The notes beneath the pieces were generated by a model that was not told the DNA's origin, made no database searches, and saw only the letters and a program-made list of their open reading frames with translations. Shown here piece by piece: positions 38,768-52,489 of a stretch of 64,000 bases of DNA (within the stretch, counting starts at the first letter, position 1; the number at the start of each line of letters is the position of its first letter). Both the position numbers and the translations under genes were made by a program. The DNA is from Marsupella aquatica (taxonomy: Eukaryota > Plantae > Marchantiophyta). Location: assembly GCA_973895155.1 (NCBI GenBank), contig OZ316897.1, positions 21,985,455-22,049,454 on the forward strand, in the 5' to 3' direction.

Positions 38768-39244
38768 ATCGACCTCTCCAAGCAGGCCGAGAACGGCAAC
38801 AGAGGAATCGTGGAGAAAATCACTACAGAAGCCGAAGGCAAAATGTCGATTTTTGTGAGAATGTCTTCCAACCACTGCCTCGTAAAGATCAACCGCACGG
38901 TTCACGAGAACAAGTTCATCTCGGGACAGCAAACCCATCGGAAATCCACTTTCCCTCTCATGCTCGGATACGCCATAACAGGTCACAAGAGCCAAGGTTG
39001 CACACTAGCGGGCAAGGTCATGCTAGAAATAAACAGTGCATTCACACCGGGACTGGTGTACGTTATGTTGAGTAGGGTCACAAATAGAGCATTCATGCGC
39101 ATTGTTGGAGATCTTACGTCGCCGGACTTCAAAGTGTTCCACTTACCAATTCGTCGTGTTCAACAAGCAGATGTCGACCACCAAAGGCAACAAGGCAACG
39201 AAGGCATCACAACAACAACGAGAAACAATGACAGGCGCAAATAG
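38768..39244 (+). pseudogene. Helitron Pif1 helicase, 3' part
   Basis: IDLSKQAENG, FPLMLGYAITGHKSQGCTL and GLVYVMLSRV. Confidence 0.9.
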
Positions 39245-39417
39245 CAATCCGACGAGCGCTACTCCTACAACAATTCAGGTAAACAGTGTCCACATCATAC
39301 TTCACCTTGTTGATGCAAGCGATATATAATGAAATGATGATACAAAAGTTGCAAGATTCATTAACATGGACGGGCACTATTGTTCTAACACATTGTTCAC
39401 GTCTTTCCTGTGCAGCC

Positions 39418-40040
39418 CATGACAGCCGTGGAGATGGCAAGGATGATCATGAGAGAGCTGCCGTGGGATGACTTCCGGACTGACGAGGAGGTAACGGCTA
39501 AACAAATTGCTTTCGGCAACGGTCTCGGAATCGAGACAACTGAGATGGTGAATGGGATCAAGAGGAGAGAACTGTCGAAGATGATCGAGGAGAGGAAAGT
39601 GTTCAAGGCCGACTTCTACAATCATTACGGAGATAAACCGGCGACTGGTAAGCACAAAGAGAAAACCCCCAATAAAAAATGAATTAAACCATCTCATGCA
39701 CACATTAAGCACTAACTCCGTGTTGAAAACAAATGCAGGTGTCATGAAGGAGATTCTTAGGTACATGGCAGTTCCGTTCGAGGAAGACCAGCTCACTTAC
39801 AAGGACGGGATGCGTGAGTACATCCAGGTCACAAAGGGAGCTTGTCTGGAGCAACTGACCAGATTGAGGCATGATTTCAAGATGCCACTTGATATGTTGG
39901 TAGGGCTGACACATCAGCAATCCCAGTCCCTGATCGACAGGCTGAGGAGGAGCAGCGACCAGGGGCTGCTATCTGACGTCCCTGCCCAAACAACAACAAA
40001 ACAACCCACCACATCCAAGCGGAAATTCAACGCGATGTGA
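39418..40040 (+). CDS. Uncharacterised Helitron-associated ORF(s), probably one disrupted gene
   Basis: Two consecutive ORFs (39410-39682 and 39696-40040) of similar composition to RepHel, between the helicase and the putative 3' end. Confidence 0.35.
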
Positions 40041-40433
40041 CAGTTGTTTCCATGATGTAGTACAAGTTTCATTTTTCAGAACAATGTGGTGTATCATGCA
40101 AAAACAAATGACAAGTCCCAATAAAAATACCCATTGTCGGAAACATATTTATCTATATCAATAACTATCTACTTTTTAACACATTTTTTATTTTGTATCA
40201 ATAACTATCCACTTTTCAATCTCAATCGAATAAAAACAGGTGGGAGTCCACAAACTAATTTATCTCTTTGAATGACATATTTTCTCACCTGATCGAAATC
40301 ATTTATTTCCTTGAAATTTTTGCTTACCTTGACATCTTTTCTCTCCATGGCATTTTTCATCATCTCAACATTTTTTTCTATTTCAAGATTATTTTTCTAA
40401 ACATTTTTTATCACCTCAACATCTTTAATGTAA

Positions 40434-40464
40434 AGCACAATGTAAACCACGGGCATCAGGCTAG
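40434..40464 (+). mobile_element. Putative Helitron 3' terminus (degenerate hairpin + CTAG|T)
   Basis: GCACAATG..CACGGGC..CTAG followed by T at 40465. Confidence 0.5.
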
Positions 40465-41898
40465 TATATATATATTCATGTTCTTGAAAAACGTGCACAG
40501 TTTCGAAAGTAATCTTGACCAAATTGCATATATATTGAGGTAAAATTTTGGAGTTTTAATACGTAGCTAGCTAGGCCGGCCATGATAGAGTAGGCGGTAA
40601 GGGACTGAAGAGTGTAAGCATTAGATAGGGATCGACTGTGATGGAGGTGTTCACGCCCCACACCCGGTTAATGTCCTGAGTAAAATCAGATATAGGTTGA
40701 AAAAAGCAAGGAAACATAACACCATTTAATGCATACTTTTCCCCTCTATTTTTATTCTATAGGTGGTTCTATCTTTACTGTTAGAGTCCCAGAGATCGCT
40801 CTGCTGTTGGATCCCGATAACATGACATGCAATGAAATACTCCTACTCTTCGGTAGTTAAGCTTCGCCTACTTAATTTCCGGACGGTTCGAACTCTGATT
40901 GCAGTAAGTTAAGTTGAACCATTATGGTTAATTACCATATATCTGTGCGGGTGTACGTTCGTTGATTTGTCGGGTCACTTCCGTTGCCTCGTTCCTCGGA
41001 GACTCTAGGAGATTCTAACGTTATTTTCGTTCTGTGAATGTCTCGCTTGGTCTGTTCATTAGACACATATATAGTTCAGATAGTCTAGCAATCCTGCGAT
41101 TTAATGAGTCTCTTGTACTTGGCTTCAGCTATAAAGTCTTTGTCACATTTCGATACGCAAGAGTAATGAGGATCGTGTGTTGGACTGCTGAACAGACAAA
41201 AACAATTTTTCCAAGGTGATAGAGACAAGAGAGTAACAATTCGAGAAGCAATATCCCCAATCGTCATAATGACCGAGACCATACTTATATCTCGGAGATT
41301 GAACTTATCAATCACAACACAAAACGTTGTACCCTTGTGTCCTGGGTTGGTATAAACAAAGACTCAAGGTCAGAGGGAAGAATATGGCCACCTCGGCGCC
41401 TCAGCGGACACCGACTCCGCCCCCAATATATGATGGTACAAGCGCCCCCGTGCAGGGACAACTGGCCGGGGCTTTCACCTCCTTGCCCGAAGGCACAGAA
41501 AGGAAGAAGACAAACGGTTTATCTCATTGCAAATGATTATGAATAAAGACAATCAGCTAAACACATAAAAACCAAGGAACTTTACTGAATGAAAAGATAG
41601 TCACGGAAGCATATGAATATATATGTGGCAGCCGTCATTCCCAGTCAGAATTGTTGCCAATGCAAAATGTGGAGCGCACAACTACCCTACCCTAACTCCA
41701 TCGATTTATTTTCCTATCTTAGCGAGACAGAAAGTTGTCCGCTATCACGGTTGGATCGAGTGCAAGTATCATACATTTTGCAAATTATCTAGTATATATT
41801 ATCTCTTCCGACAGTGTCTGCATCCGACATCAGATTGCTAGCTTTCCTACTGGAAATCACAGTTAGCTACTCATAACTTTCTTTTGGGCGCACCCACG

Positions 41899-42434
41899 TC
41901 ACAGCTGCTTGTAAGAAGCACCATGAGATTCGAGCCAATTTGCTTTCTCTGCATCGGGGATGTTCTGCATCTGCGAGTACATCTCAGCTGCTTCGGAGGT
42001 TGTGAGAATCCAGTTACCCTTTGTACCATCGTCCGTGTAGACTACACCAGTAGGCTTCATCTGGCTGTCAGATGTCTGGGAATCAGTGAGGAGCGATCGG
42101 CGTCGAGCTTGGTACCAGAAAGCTCCGGTGAACTGGGCCCCAACTAAGCAGAAGTTGCCTTTGCCCGAGCCGACCTGCGTGGTGCAGCCTCCATCTCTGT
42201 AAAATTTGCTGGCCTGAGAACTTCCAGATGTGCTTGTGACCAGCACAGAGCCGCCGTCTTTTGCGCTCACTGCACAGCAAATCTGGGATCCGATGCCATT
42301 GAATGAGTAGCCGCTCCCACTGCAGTGCGAGGTGCTTTCGAAGAAGATAATATCAAACTGCTCCAACGAGGCTTGAGAACTGTAACAGAAGCATTGGCAG
42401 CGTACACGACGCCCATTGCGCTGATCTTCGCCAT
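41899..42434 (-). pseudogene. Small secreted Cys-rich protein with frameshifted signal peptide
   Basis: ATG 42434 after an acceptor site. MAKISAMGVV / LPMLLLQFSSLVGA / FDIIFFESTSHC lie in three frames. Mature part has C-x-CC-x-C-x-C and an RRRSLL motif. Confidence 0.55.
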
Positions 42435-44229
42435 CGTGGAAAGGTTGAAAAGGTCCTGCAAAGTAAGTCAGACCCATCCCTCAGTTAGTCCCAGCAAAGC
42501 AATCGCATGGGCTGCAAGCGCTTGCTATATTATCAGAATGATATGCAATCAGATGTTGTGCGTATTGCGAAAAACAACGAAACAACGAAACAACGAAACA
42601 ACTTTGTCCATCAAACAAATTTGGCATCTATGAAAGCTTGGCACAAAAATCGAATCCAGGCCACTGCCTATGTTCTAACGCTGCTGAGAGTGAAAGCAAT
42701 GGCATCATTCAAACATAAAAGTTGCGCCATCGCGCGTCATCAGAGAACGTTTGTCTCACGAGGCTAAGTTACGGATATATTACTCAGCTCAGGTAAGGTA
42801 CTAGAATTGAGCCGCCACGAGTTCAGCTGCGACTTCACTTGTAAAATCGAATGGCAGCGGTGAGAATGAGAATGAGTTTACGTTGGTTTGCATGGCTTAA
42901 ATACTACTCTGGTGTAGACCTGGATTTTCTTCCAAGTCTGGACTGTGGAGCCGTGCCAAGTCCTGTGTAGCAGGGCTCATCTTCCCAACGGAGGACAATT
43001 GACTACAATTCATTTCTTTCCAGCTAGACGTGCTGCAGTTTGGGTACGGTCATTTTCTGTGGGAAAGTTCACTCTCACCGCAGAAGAGAGGTGTCATTAC
43101 GATGCGCTCAATCACAATTGAATAGAAATTACTCAGTCACAGTAGTACGAGGCATACTGTTTTAACCTACAATATAAAAAGTGTCCCCCCCCCCTCTGAG
43201 TGTTTTTGAATTTCCTTTATGTACACCTCCTCTTCAGGTTTATATTAATGTTTCAATCTTGCGTTGCCAACCCTTTGTTAAAATAGGTTACTTTTAAATT
43301 ACATATAAGGTTTATTAAATTTGCATTTCATGCACTAAGGATATTTAAACCCAAGCCTATCTCTTCGCAAGAGTGTGAGGAAGCCAAGAAATGTGAGAAG
43401 TCCTTACACTTCAAGAATGATATTGCCAGCCCCTACCCCTAGAGAGTTGTTTCCTAAGTTTATGGTTTTGAGTGACTTAAGTGTAACCAACTAACTTAGT
43501 CATCATGATTGAGAGAAACATGAAAATCCAGCCACTTTTGTGAAAAGTATTTATAATCTTCTAGAAGCTAAATACTTATGTCCTACAAAAATGACATGTT
43601 TATGTACTACAAAAACGACATGTGCGGAGTGGGACCAACACTTTGTAAGGTCAGTAGCAACGAGGAGAGGGCACAAGTCACCAAGACTGCTTGAAAGGCG
43701 CTCATAAAAAATTCACTCTTTAAAAAGAAGATTATAATCTATATGTGTAGGAACAATACAGAACAAACTACTGCATTTTCTTTTGGGGGATACTCACAAC
43801 TTTAGTTAGCTTAAAAACAAATTCATTACTTATTCATCTAGATGCAACAATATTAATTTATTTTATTACCATAATTATGAGGAAGGTTGCTTAAAGTTGG
43901 AGAGCCATATCCCTGTCAGTTGAATTGATGTTATATTTCATTCCTCCACGAGTGTGTGACACATAGGGTCCTCTAGCTATAATTATTCTGCGCACCAAAA
44001 CTTAACATATGGCTAGAATAATCTTGCGCACCAAAACTTAACATATGCTACGTACACTAGGACCTGAATGACTCCTGGGATCCGACTGACCCAGGTAGCC
44101 AGGATGGACCCAGGCCTGGAGGATTCGGTGGACGAAAAATAGATTGCCACAGGTACTTGTGTGGAGCCGCGGAGTTGATACTCATCACAGTCATATTGTG
44201 GGTACCCTGTTGATACGCATCACATTCAT

Positions 44230-47200
44230 ATTGTGAGTGGGTGCAAGTGCAAGTACAATGAGAGTAGCTGGGAACAAGATATGTGTTCGCTGAAAACCTG
44301 ATGTACCTACTGTTGAAGATCTCGACTTTGTATCGTTAATTTACTGACCAAGCGAGACACGAAGAGTCAATAAGGTTAGTCTCCAAGGAACGAATCCATG
44401 GGTCACCTATCCTCTCAATGATTATATAGACAGTAAACCCGCTGCTTGAGATGCATGACATCCTGACCAATCTGCCTACACAATGTTGAAACGTTTCCTG
44501 TGTACATGGCTTCGACTGACCGCCACAGGCCCACAGCTCGTGATAGATTATTTAGCATATATGGTCATGACTGTTAGATTGTACTCCCAGAGTCTCAGAC
44601 TTCACTCAACAAACTTTAGCGCCCAAGCCTTATTTTAACATGCTATATGCTTGATTGACCCACAGGGATACAGCCCCGGATAGAGATGAGCATTCAGATC
44701 ACCTTGCCCATGGATAAGCATATCTAGGGTAAAGTGTTTAATATATTTTGTCACAGAAAGTACATTACAAGAGATTTCGTTTAGTACTCCATGCCAAGAA
44801 AATGCATCGCCTGATCTTGTGAGACAGGGGAGGCATCAAAAATTTCTTAATGGGAAACCGGCTCATCAATTTGTTCTTGACAACAAGGCTGCTGATAAGG
44901 TGAGTCGGTCCCTACCGTAGTTCCTAATGGCCCGAATTGTTCAGCTGCTTAATTTATTCTATCACGTTTTATGTCTGCAGATCAGAGGATAACTGACAGA
45001 GGTTGGGTTCCGAAAGAGTTATTCAGTGTTGGAGGCTTACTTTGGTTGTCCTTCGGATGCCTTGCTTACATTTTCTCCATGGACTCTGTGGAACAGAAAT
45101 ATGCCCTTAGTCATTGAAGAAACGAATTGTGCTTGGGAAAACATGATAAAGATATCTGTTCCAGCTGGCGAGCTATCGTTGATGTGATTTAGAAACCATA
45201 TTTTATCCAATCAGGCGTCAACTGATGACCTTTTAATTTCCTTCCCACGATCAAGAGAAGCACTGGAAAGGGTGAAAAAGGGGCCCCATATTTCTTGAGC
45301 ACTGTGTTATTCTCTCACACAACAATGTTGCATTGAGTACTTGACAACTCGGGTGGCTTTCCTGAATGGTTAGCAACGACCAGATGGCGGGCCCAAATGT
45401 ATTGATGCAAGGTCAGGTCAACAAAGCTACATGCTTCTACTACCGTATACCTGTGCTTTTTTCCTAAAATATGATTGAAGAGTACAGGACGAAGAGGCTT
45501 ACGTAGCGCTTTGCTAGCAAACCAGACCTAGTCGCCTAGTTGGAAAATTTGATTAATGTTTGTTTCGAGACACAAAAACAAATTTTCACAAGTTGACAGA
45601 ATCATATGAGGGCTGGAGATGGTTCGTTTGTGTTCAGGTCAGTATGGAAACACTTCAGACTTCACGGGCTTAATTTGTGAAGAACAGAACGTCCAATTTG
45701 TTCAAGTTGAGCCGAACAAACGAGGGCAATCCGAAAATTATTCATAGTCAGATCAAGTGATGGGACAACACCCTTCGGAATCTAACTTTTTCAATTTGAT
45801 CAACGACCAGTCTGAATAATTAAATGATCTCAAGCCATTTCTGTATTGGTTTAATGACAGACAACTAAAACTACCGGTTTCTTCTTAAAGAGCTACATGT
45901 GACATTCCCTAATTTGAATTCTAAAATATGGGATGTGCCGAGCGACTACCGTCATAAACATTTTGGCAGTATGAAGGTCTTTGGGGATGTGCTAATCGAA
46001 CGCCTGTCAGCTGCATTGGGGCCGATTAACTCTCCTTGATTTGAGCATCTGCACGTTTCTCAAGTCCCTCTCCTCGAACTTGCTGCGAAACTATACAGAA
46101 TGGCGGGTCGACATCTCTGCGGTTCAGCAACGGTAGTCGGTATCAAGAACCAATCTCTCAGTAATTAGATCTCCCTACCACCGTAAACCAATCGCTCAGT
46201 AAGTGATGTTACTGACAGGAATTCAAAACAGCATTTGCGGAATGACGGGTGTTGTTGTGAGTAAATAGGGTCGTTCGATTGCGTCGACCATGGTTGAGAG
46301 TTGTGTGATTGAGCCACAGGAAACGATAATTGGTGGTATCGAAAATCAGCCTCTCAATATTTTAACTAGATGCAGAGGAATCTAGATATGCCCTAATGAA
46401 CAATCTTTGATTTTCAATAAAGATGTAACCAGTTATTGGCGGTACGGACAATCATTCTGTCGATATTTCTCGATGCGAAGACGAATCTATAAAATGCATT
46501 TTCCATAAAGATGATGGGTGTTTACGTACCGCGGACAAGAATTGACTGGCTTCAACATTTCTTCACCTCGCCTTGGTATACAAACCATGATACGCTGGTA
46601 CAGATTCCTGCATGGAGGGTTGGGACAGATTCAAGCAGCACTATAGATTCAAGCTGCACTATAGGCGCTGGCGAGATGGGGAGGACTTCAAGTTGCCTCC
46701 TCAAGAATCTTTGATATTCCATACAGATATACACTGCAACCGATGGTACCGAGAGACAGTCTCTCAATACATTTCTCGATGCGAAGAGTAATCTAGAAAT
46801 GCATGTTCCATAAAGATGATGGGTGTTGTTGTACCGTGGAGAAGAATTGCCTGGATTCAACATTTCTTCACCTCACCTTGGATTTACAATCCATGATACG
46901 CTGATACAGATTCATGCATGGAGTATTGTCACAGATTCAAGCTGCACTATATGTGCTGGCCAGATGGAGATGACTTCAAGGTTTGCCTCCTCAAGAATCT
47001 TTGATTTTCCATACAGATATATACTGCTACCGATGGTACCGAGAGACAGTCTCTCAATATTTTCTCGATGCGAAGAGTAATCTAGAAATGCATGTTCCAT
47101 AAAGATGATGGGTGTTGTTGTACCGTGGAGAAGAATTGCCTGGATTCAACATTTCTTCACCTCACCTTGGATTTACAATCCATGATACGCTGATACAGAT

Positions 47201-48300
47201 TCATGCATGGAGTATTGTTACAGATTCAAGCTGCACTATATGTGCTGGCCAGATCGAGATGACTTCAAGGTTTGCCTCCTCAAGAATCTTTGATTTTCCA
47301 TACAGATATATACTGCTACCGATGGTACCGAGAGACAGTCTCTCAATATTTTCTCGATGCGAAGAGTAATCTAGAAATGCATGTTCCATAAAGATGATGG
47401 GTGTTGTTGTACCGTGGAGAAGAATTGCCTGGATTCAACATTTCTTCACCTCACCTTGGGTTTACTATCCATGATACGCTGATACAGATTCATGCATGGA
47501 GTATTGGCACAGATTCAAGCTGCACTATATGTGCTGGCCAGATGAGAGGACTTCAAGTTGCCTCCTCAAGAATCTTTGATTTCCATACAAATGTACACTG
47601 CAATTGATGGTACCGAGAGACAGTCTCTCAATGTTTTGTCGATAGCGCAGAGTAATCTGGAAATGCATGTTCCATATACATGATGGGTGTTGTTGTACCG
47701 TGGAGAAGAATTGCCTTGATTCAAACATTTCTTCACCTCCCCTTGGTTTGCGAACCATATAAGATTGGTACATTTCGAGCAGCACTATGTTGGCGAGCAT
47801 GAGAGGGATTCAAAGTTGCCTCCTGAAGAGTCTTCGAATTTCCAGAAAGAGGTTGACACTAATTGGCGGTACCCGACTGTCAGTCTCTCAATATTTTCTA
47901 AACACGAAGAGGAATCTAGACATTCATCTTCTAGATAGACGATGGGCGTAGTTGTGACGAGAGGAAGAATTGCCTTGGTTCAACATTTCTTCACCTCGCT
48001 TTTGGTTTACAAATCGGTTGAGATTGGCACCAAGTCAGAAGAGTTATATTGGTGCTACCGAGAATAAATTGTTGACGAGTTCCAGTTGCGTCCAGAAATA
48101 TCTTAGGTTTCCCGTAAAGGATGTTGGGGCCATTGTGACTAGGAGGAAGAATTATCTTTGGATGACATTTCTTCACTTCGCCTTGGTTTACATATCGCAT
48201 CAGATTGGCACAGATTCAATTGAAGAGAAATTCAAAGTTGCCTAGTGAAGGATTGTTGAAGAATATTTGATTTCCATCACAATGATGGGTGTCGAAGTGA
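44230..48300 (+). pseudogene. Highly degenerate NLR-like (NB-ARC-LRR) relic
   Basis: Fragments in the expected order: P-loop-like (~44240), FRKSYSVL (~45010), HDQ (~45246), LRR-like RLTLLDLSICTFLKSLSSNL (~46024), then the 289-bp array with SL(N/S)I-SRCEE-type motifs. Confidence 0.4.
46440..48010. repeat. 289-bp tandem array (about 5 copies; central copies near-identical)
   Basis: Near-identical ORFs at 46823, 47112 and 47401, spaced 289 bp apart. Confidence 0.92.
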
Positions 48301-49869
48301 TGAAGAATAGAAGGGCAAAATTTTCAATTAATCAAAGACTTCCGGGTGGACGGTATGGCGGTAGTGCATGCATGAAGTCTGTGGATGAGGTGTGGAGCAT
48401 AGGCCTAGATGCATACTTTCGAACGCAGACGATGACCGCAGACATCAAAATGTTTGACCAGTAATGTTACTCAGGAGCGAAAGCTGCAAAACATCATCCC
48501 GGAAAGGTTTCACCTACGATCCTCTCCCTCGAATGTGCGCGTTCAATTATGAAATTCACTGGAGAACCTCTAAAGGATTAGTACGACAGTGAAGGCCAGT
48601 AGACGTCACAATGGTCAAGCAATGAGACCACTCAGGTCGAAAAATCAGACAGCAAGACAAGCAATAAGCTTCAGGGCCAGAGAAATTTTATACTCTGCAA
48701 TCGAAGTAAAGCAATGTTACACTTGTAGCTGTCTGTGCGTGCAACGTTTCATTTTGTGGCTGTTCGTGCCTGCAACGTTTCATTTTGTAGCACTTCGTCG
48801 ATCAACGTTTCAATCTACCAAAGATACAAACGACTTGCAATCTGAACCCGACTTTCTGTTGTCCATCCACTGGTCTGCTTCAGAAGCTGCAATTTGGATT
48901 TCAATGCCCTAAGCGGCCTAACGTTCTCCGGCTCTCCTTGCATTCAGCGGCATGGGACGTTCAGGGTCAGGATTTCGATCCACAAAGCCCTCCACACAAC
49001 GATTCAAGCAAAACACGTTCCACAATCCGAGTGTTTCACCCCAAACGTTACTACTATGGGAGGCCAATGCAAACAACGTGTACATCAAAGAACATTTTCC
49101 ACGTTCTGGAAACAACATCAAATTGATTCAAGAATCGACTTCTCAACTCTTACTGAAACACCTGTTCCTGATCAAGACTCAAATCATAACTGACGTAGGT
49201 GTTCACTGAATTAGTACTCAAAGTGACCATGATCCACTTTAGCCCTGCATTGATAAAGACCATGCTCTCTGGCGTTTTGCTCAAGTGCAGCTCACCAGAC
49301 TTTGGACTAATGTCATCAATTACTACAACAATTATATGATTCCCGTTGCTGTTACTTGCGTAATTGGAACACCACTTCTGCTCCTCCCCTCTTCGTCTCT
49401 GTGACAGTACTCCCCTGACCGTTGGGAGTGTGCAACACTAATATATCGTCCAGTTCTATTTCTCAACCCATGCTAATCCTCTCGTTGGTCGTCCCGTCAC
49501 TGCCCATGAGAAGATGTCGACCATGAGAGTACTATAGTTATGTCTTTGTCCATATCATGGCCTGCTCGTTCTGCCCGTTCTGCGCGCTCCGTTGCGCTTT
49601 GCAAAGTTAGTTCGTATCTTCGTCCGCAAATTTTGGGGTCACGAGCATGCTCGGTCCTTTCGACCCTTGCCAATGCCCGTCTGGTCCTAAGCTAAGGGCA
49701 TCTCAACACAATGCTTAATTGGTGCAGCGACACACGGACATAAAAGGGTGAGATGTCCTTTTATATCCGTCATTTGTCTTTGAAATTTCTATAATGAGCA
49801 TTTCCATCATGGATGTAAATGTTACCAAAGATCAACACTGCCACATCTCAATCACTCATCCTCCACTTC

Positions 49870-50466
49870 CTTAGACTGGCTCTCTGCCGCGCACATTCGT
49901 GTAATATTCCCCCAACGTAATTGCCGGTTTGAGCTTCAACCACCCTACACTGGCTCGTCCATGAAGTCGTGACAGTCTGTCCCCACATTCCAACTGTGGA
50001 GAAGGGAAGAACGTTCCACAAATTTATGTCTCATCCCCAGCTCGAAGAATGCATTGAAGCTGTGTTACCCATGCGCAACAATTGCGAAAATTATAGATGA
50101 ATGCATGCATGCCTTCGTTCCTCAAAATCTCCGAGCCTTCTGCACACCGCAGCTCCTCCTGTGACAACAGGTCATCCACCTGGGACTGCACGTAGAAACT
50201 TGGAATGAGGCGAATCACTTCCGAGTGAGCTGCTTCCTCAAGGCTGCCTAACCGGGAATCGCAACAGACAGTCCAGCGGAGGAAGGAATGGGGACCGAGG
50301 ACGAAGTGCCATCCTATCATAGCCGCACCACTCCCTGACTGCAAAAGATTGTGGTGGGGCACGTGTAGCAAGGGCGGCTGTCTTGGTAAGAGGGCCATGT
50401 TCAAACCCGTCCCGGACATAGATTGATTTTGCTGAAGCTCTGTCCCTGCTTGATGAGTAAAATCGA
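49870..50466 (-). pseudogene. Degenerate CBP60 C-terminal region including the calmodulin-binding motif
   Basis: Minus strand reads GRASVGWLKLKPA, then frameshifted LRWGI at about 49905-49960, matching the CBP60 GWLKLKAALRWG tail. Confidence 0.75.
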
Positions 50467-51849
50467 CTACTTCTGATCCAAGGGAAGGTACATGTGTGTC
50501 ATAGATGGTCCGCCTGCACTAGACGAAGAAGCACCACCAGAAGACACTGACAGTTGCAGGGACTTCGATGGCAGATCAGATTGATGATTTGATGGCAGAC
50601 CAGCGGATAAGTCGTGACCTCTAAATTGCCCACTATTTGGATCCTCTGTATGTGCTTCTATTCCCGGAAGGTTGTATGACTTTATGCCAATGAGTGCTTC
50701 GCCATCATACTCCACTACATTCTCCCAATTCTCATATGCTACCTTCACTAGCTTATCGACATAGACCTTTTCGCTGTCGGAAAGTGAGTCAACCGACATA
50801 TATTGACCATCTGCAATCAACCCCATGAGCTGAAAAATGTTGTTAAAAATGACGCCAATATTCTGTTTCTCATCTGCATAGTAAACATGGAGCTTGCCAC
50901 TGAGAACACAGGTTTTCGCATGCTCCACTGTGCCCTCCCACATCTTGTTTGACATTCCATTTCCGAGTATGGTGCGCAGCTTCTGGGGATCCATAACGAC
51001 GAGCCTGAGGAAGTCCTCAACAGTGAGGATACCCGAGTCATTCAACCTCTTATGAAAAGCACCATCCTTCCCTATCTTATCGAGGCGCCACACCTCATCG
51101 TGTAACGCCGGAGGATAATGCTTCTTATACAATTCGCCCCGATGGTCTTTAACAGAGAACGCTTCAGTTTTGGCTTCGCGGATCCGCACGCCCTCACAGT
51201 AACCCGAAGAAATTTTAACCCCTAACCGGAATTTCCTGCTTCTTATCCAACTAGAGTTGTCAGTGAATGTTAATTCGCCCAGCGTTCCAACCCCGTCTTT
51301 CAGGACCACAGAAAGATCTCCCGTTAACAGAGGTCTTTTCCCATCCCGTTCCTTCACTTCGTGGTTCTCGAACTCCTCCTGCAGCCAGTCCTCATCGTCA
51401 TCAGCAGAAAAATCGCCTTCAAGAACCACAACCTCCAGCTTCGCAGAGGCTTCAGCTCCATCCGTAACAACTTGACCGGCATTCGCGTCCAGCAGCACAA
51501 CATGAATGGCAGATCCTTGCTCCCCTTCCACTTTGCTGCCCGTGAACAGAGGCAGAGCCAGCTTGTCTCTGAACTGAAGTCGCAGACATCTCGAGTCCGA
51601 CCCCTGAATCCTCTTCGGAGAGGACCGAAACCCTACTTTTCCAGCAGCAAGCTTCGCCACTACACGCTCAACCTCCTCCCCCACAACCCTACGCAGCAGA
51701 GGTTCTAAACTCGAGGACAGCTTTTGGAGGCTATCCATCTTCACAGCTTCGACAACCACGCTTTTGAAGGCAGGAACCCGTCGCCTCTTCTCACCTGGCA
51801 TGTCCTCGTCTGCTTCCCCCTTCTCTAGAGGTCGCTTCTCCATTACCAT
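50467..51849 (-). CDS. CBP60: Calmodulin-binding protein 60 family transcription factor, intronless and C-terminally truncated
   Basis: [96 protein letters not shown]; continuous ORF with no introns. Confidence 0.93.
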   Translation of the reverse strand: MVMEKRPLEKGEADEDMPGEKRRRVPAFKSVVVEAVKMDSLQKLSSSLEPLLRRVVGEEVERVVAKLAAGKVGFRSSPKRIQGSDSRCLRLQFRDKLALPLFTGSKVEGEQGSAIHVVLLDANAGQVVTDGAEASAKLEVVVLEGDFSADDDEDWLQEEFENHEVKERDGKRPLLTGDLSVVLKDGVGTLGELTFTDNSSWIRSRKFRLGVKISSGYCEGVRIREAKTEAFSVKDHRGELYKKHYPPALHDEVWRLDKIGKDGAFHKRLNDSGILTVEDFLRLVVMDPQKLRTILGNGMSNKMWEGTVEHAKTCVLSGKLHVYYADEKQNIGVIFNNIFQLMGLIADGQYMSVDSLSDSEKVYVDKLVKVAYENWENVVEYDGEALIGIKSYNLPGIEAHTEDPNSGQFRGHDLSAGLPSNHQSDLPSKSLQLSVSSGGASSSSAGGPSMTHMYLPLDQK

Positions 51850-52489
51850 GACTACACACAGAACTATCTCTACTTGACTCGAACTGTGCTTGCTCTTCTC
51901 GATACTCACAGCATGCAGCTGGCTTCTGATTACTACGACTACGCCGTTTCTCTCTCAACGACCGATCAATGCATCTTCCTAGAAGATCGCCTCGATGATC
52001 CCCAAACACCTCCTCCTCGTCCTCCTCCTCCTTGCGTGCGAAACAAGCGGCGAAAAGAAACCAACAAAGAGGAGGCGAAGATCAGCGCGAAGGCACGCAG
52101 AAACCAGAACTCCAGCGGAGCTAAGTGACCATATTGAGATCGGAAGCGCCTCGAAGTTGCTGGCTCGGAACACGTCGCGTGCAGAGTGCCCAATCCGCAG
52201 CACACGACCGGCGGATGTACTTTGTGAGTAGCGGTAGTAGTAGTATTTAGTAGAAACAGCAGCAGCAGCAGCAGTCCACGAGCTCAGTCCCGAACATGTC
52301 GACTCGATGCGACGACTCCAATGCCCACCACCCCAACCAAATCGCTCAAGCTCCCGAAAGAGAACCTCATCGAGAAGCTTCGCGAGAGAGAACCCTATGT
52401 TCGCGGCTCTCCTCGAACAGCCCACGCGAGTCAAAAACCAACACCATGGCAGCAGACCCACGTTTCTACAAAGCGGGTCAAACACGCAC

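Noticed and set aside
46823-47607. Repeated 85-aa and 62-aa ORFs as real genes
   Set aside because: Products of the 289-bp tandem unit, which is not a multiple of three.
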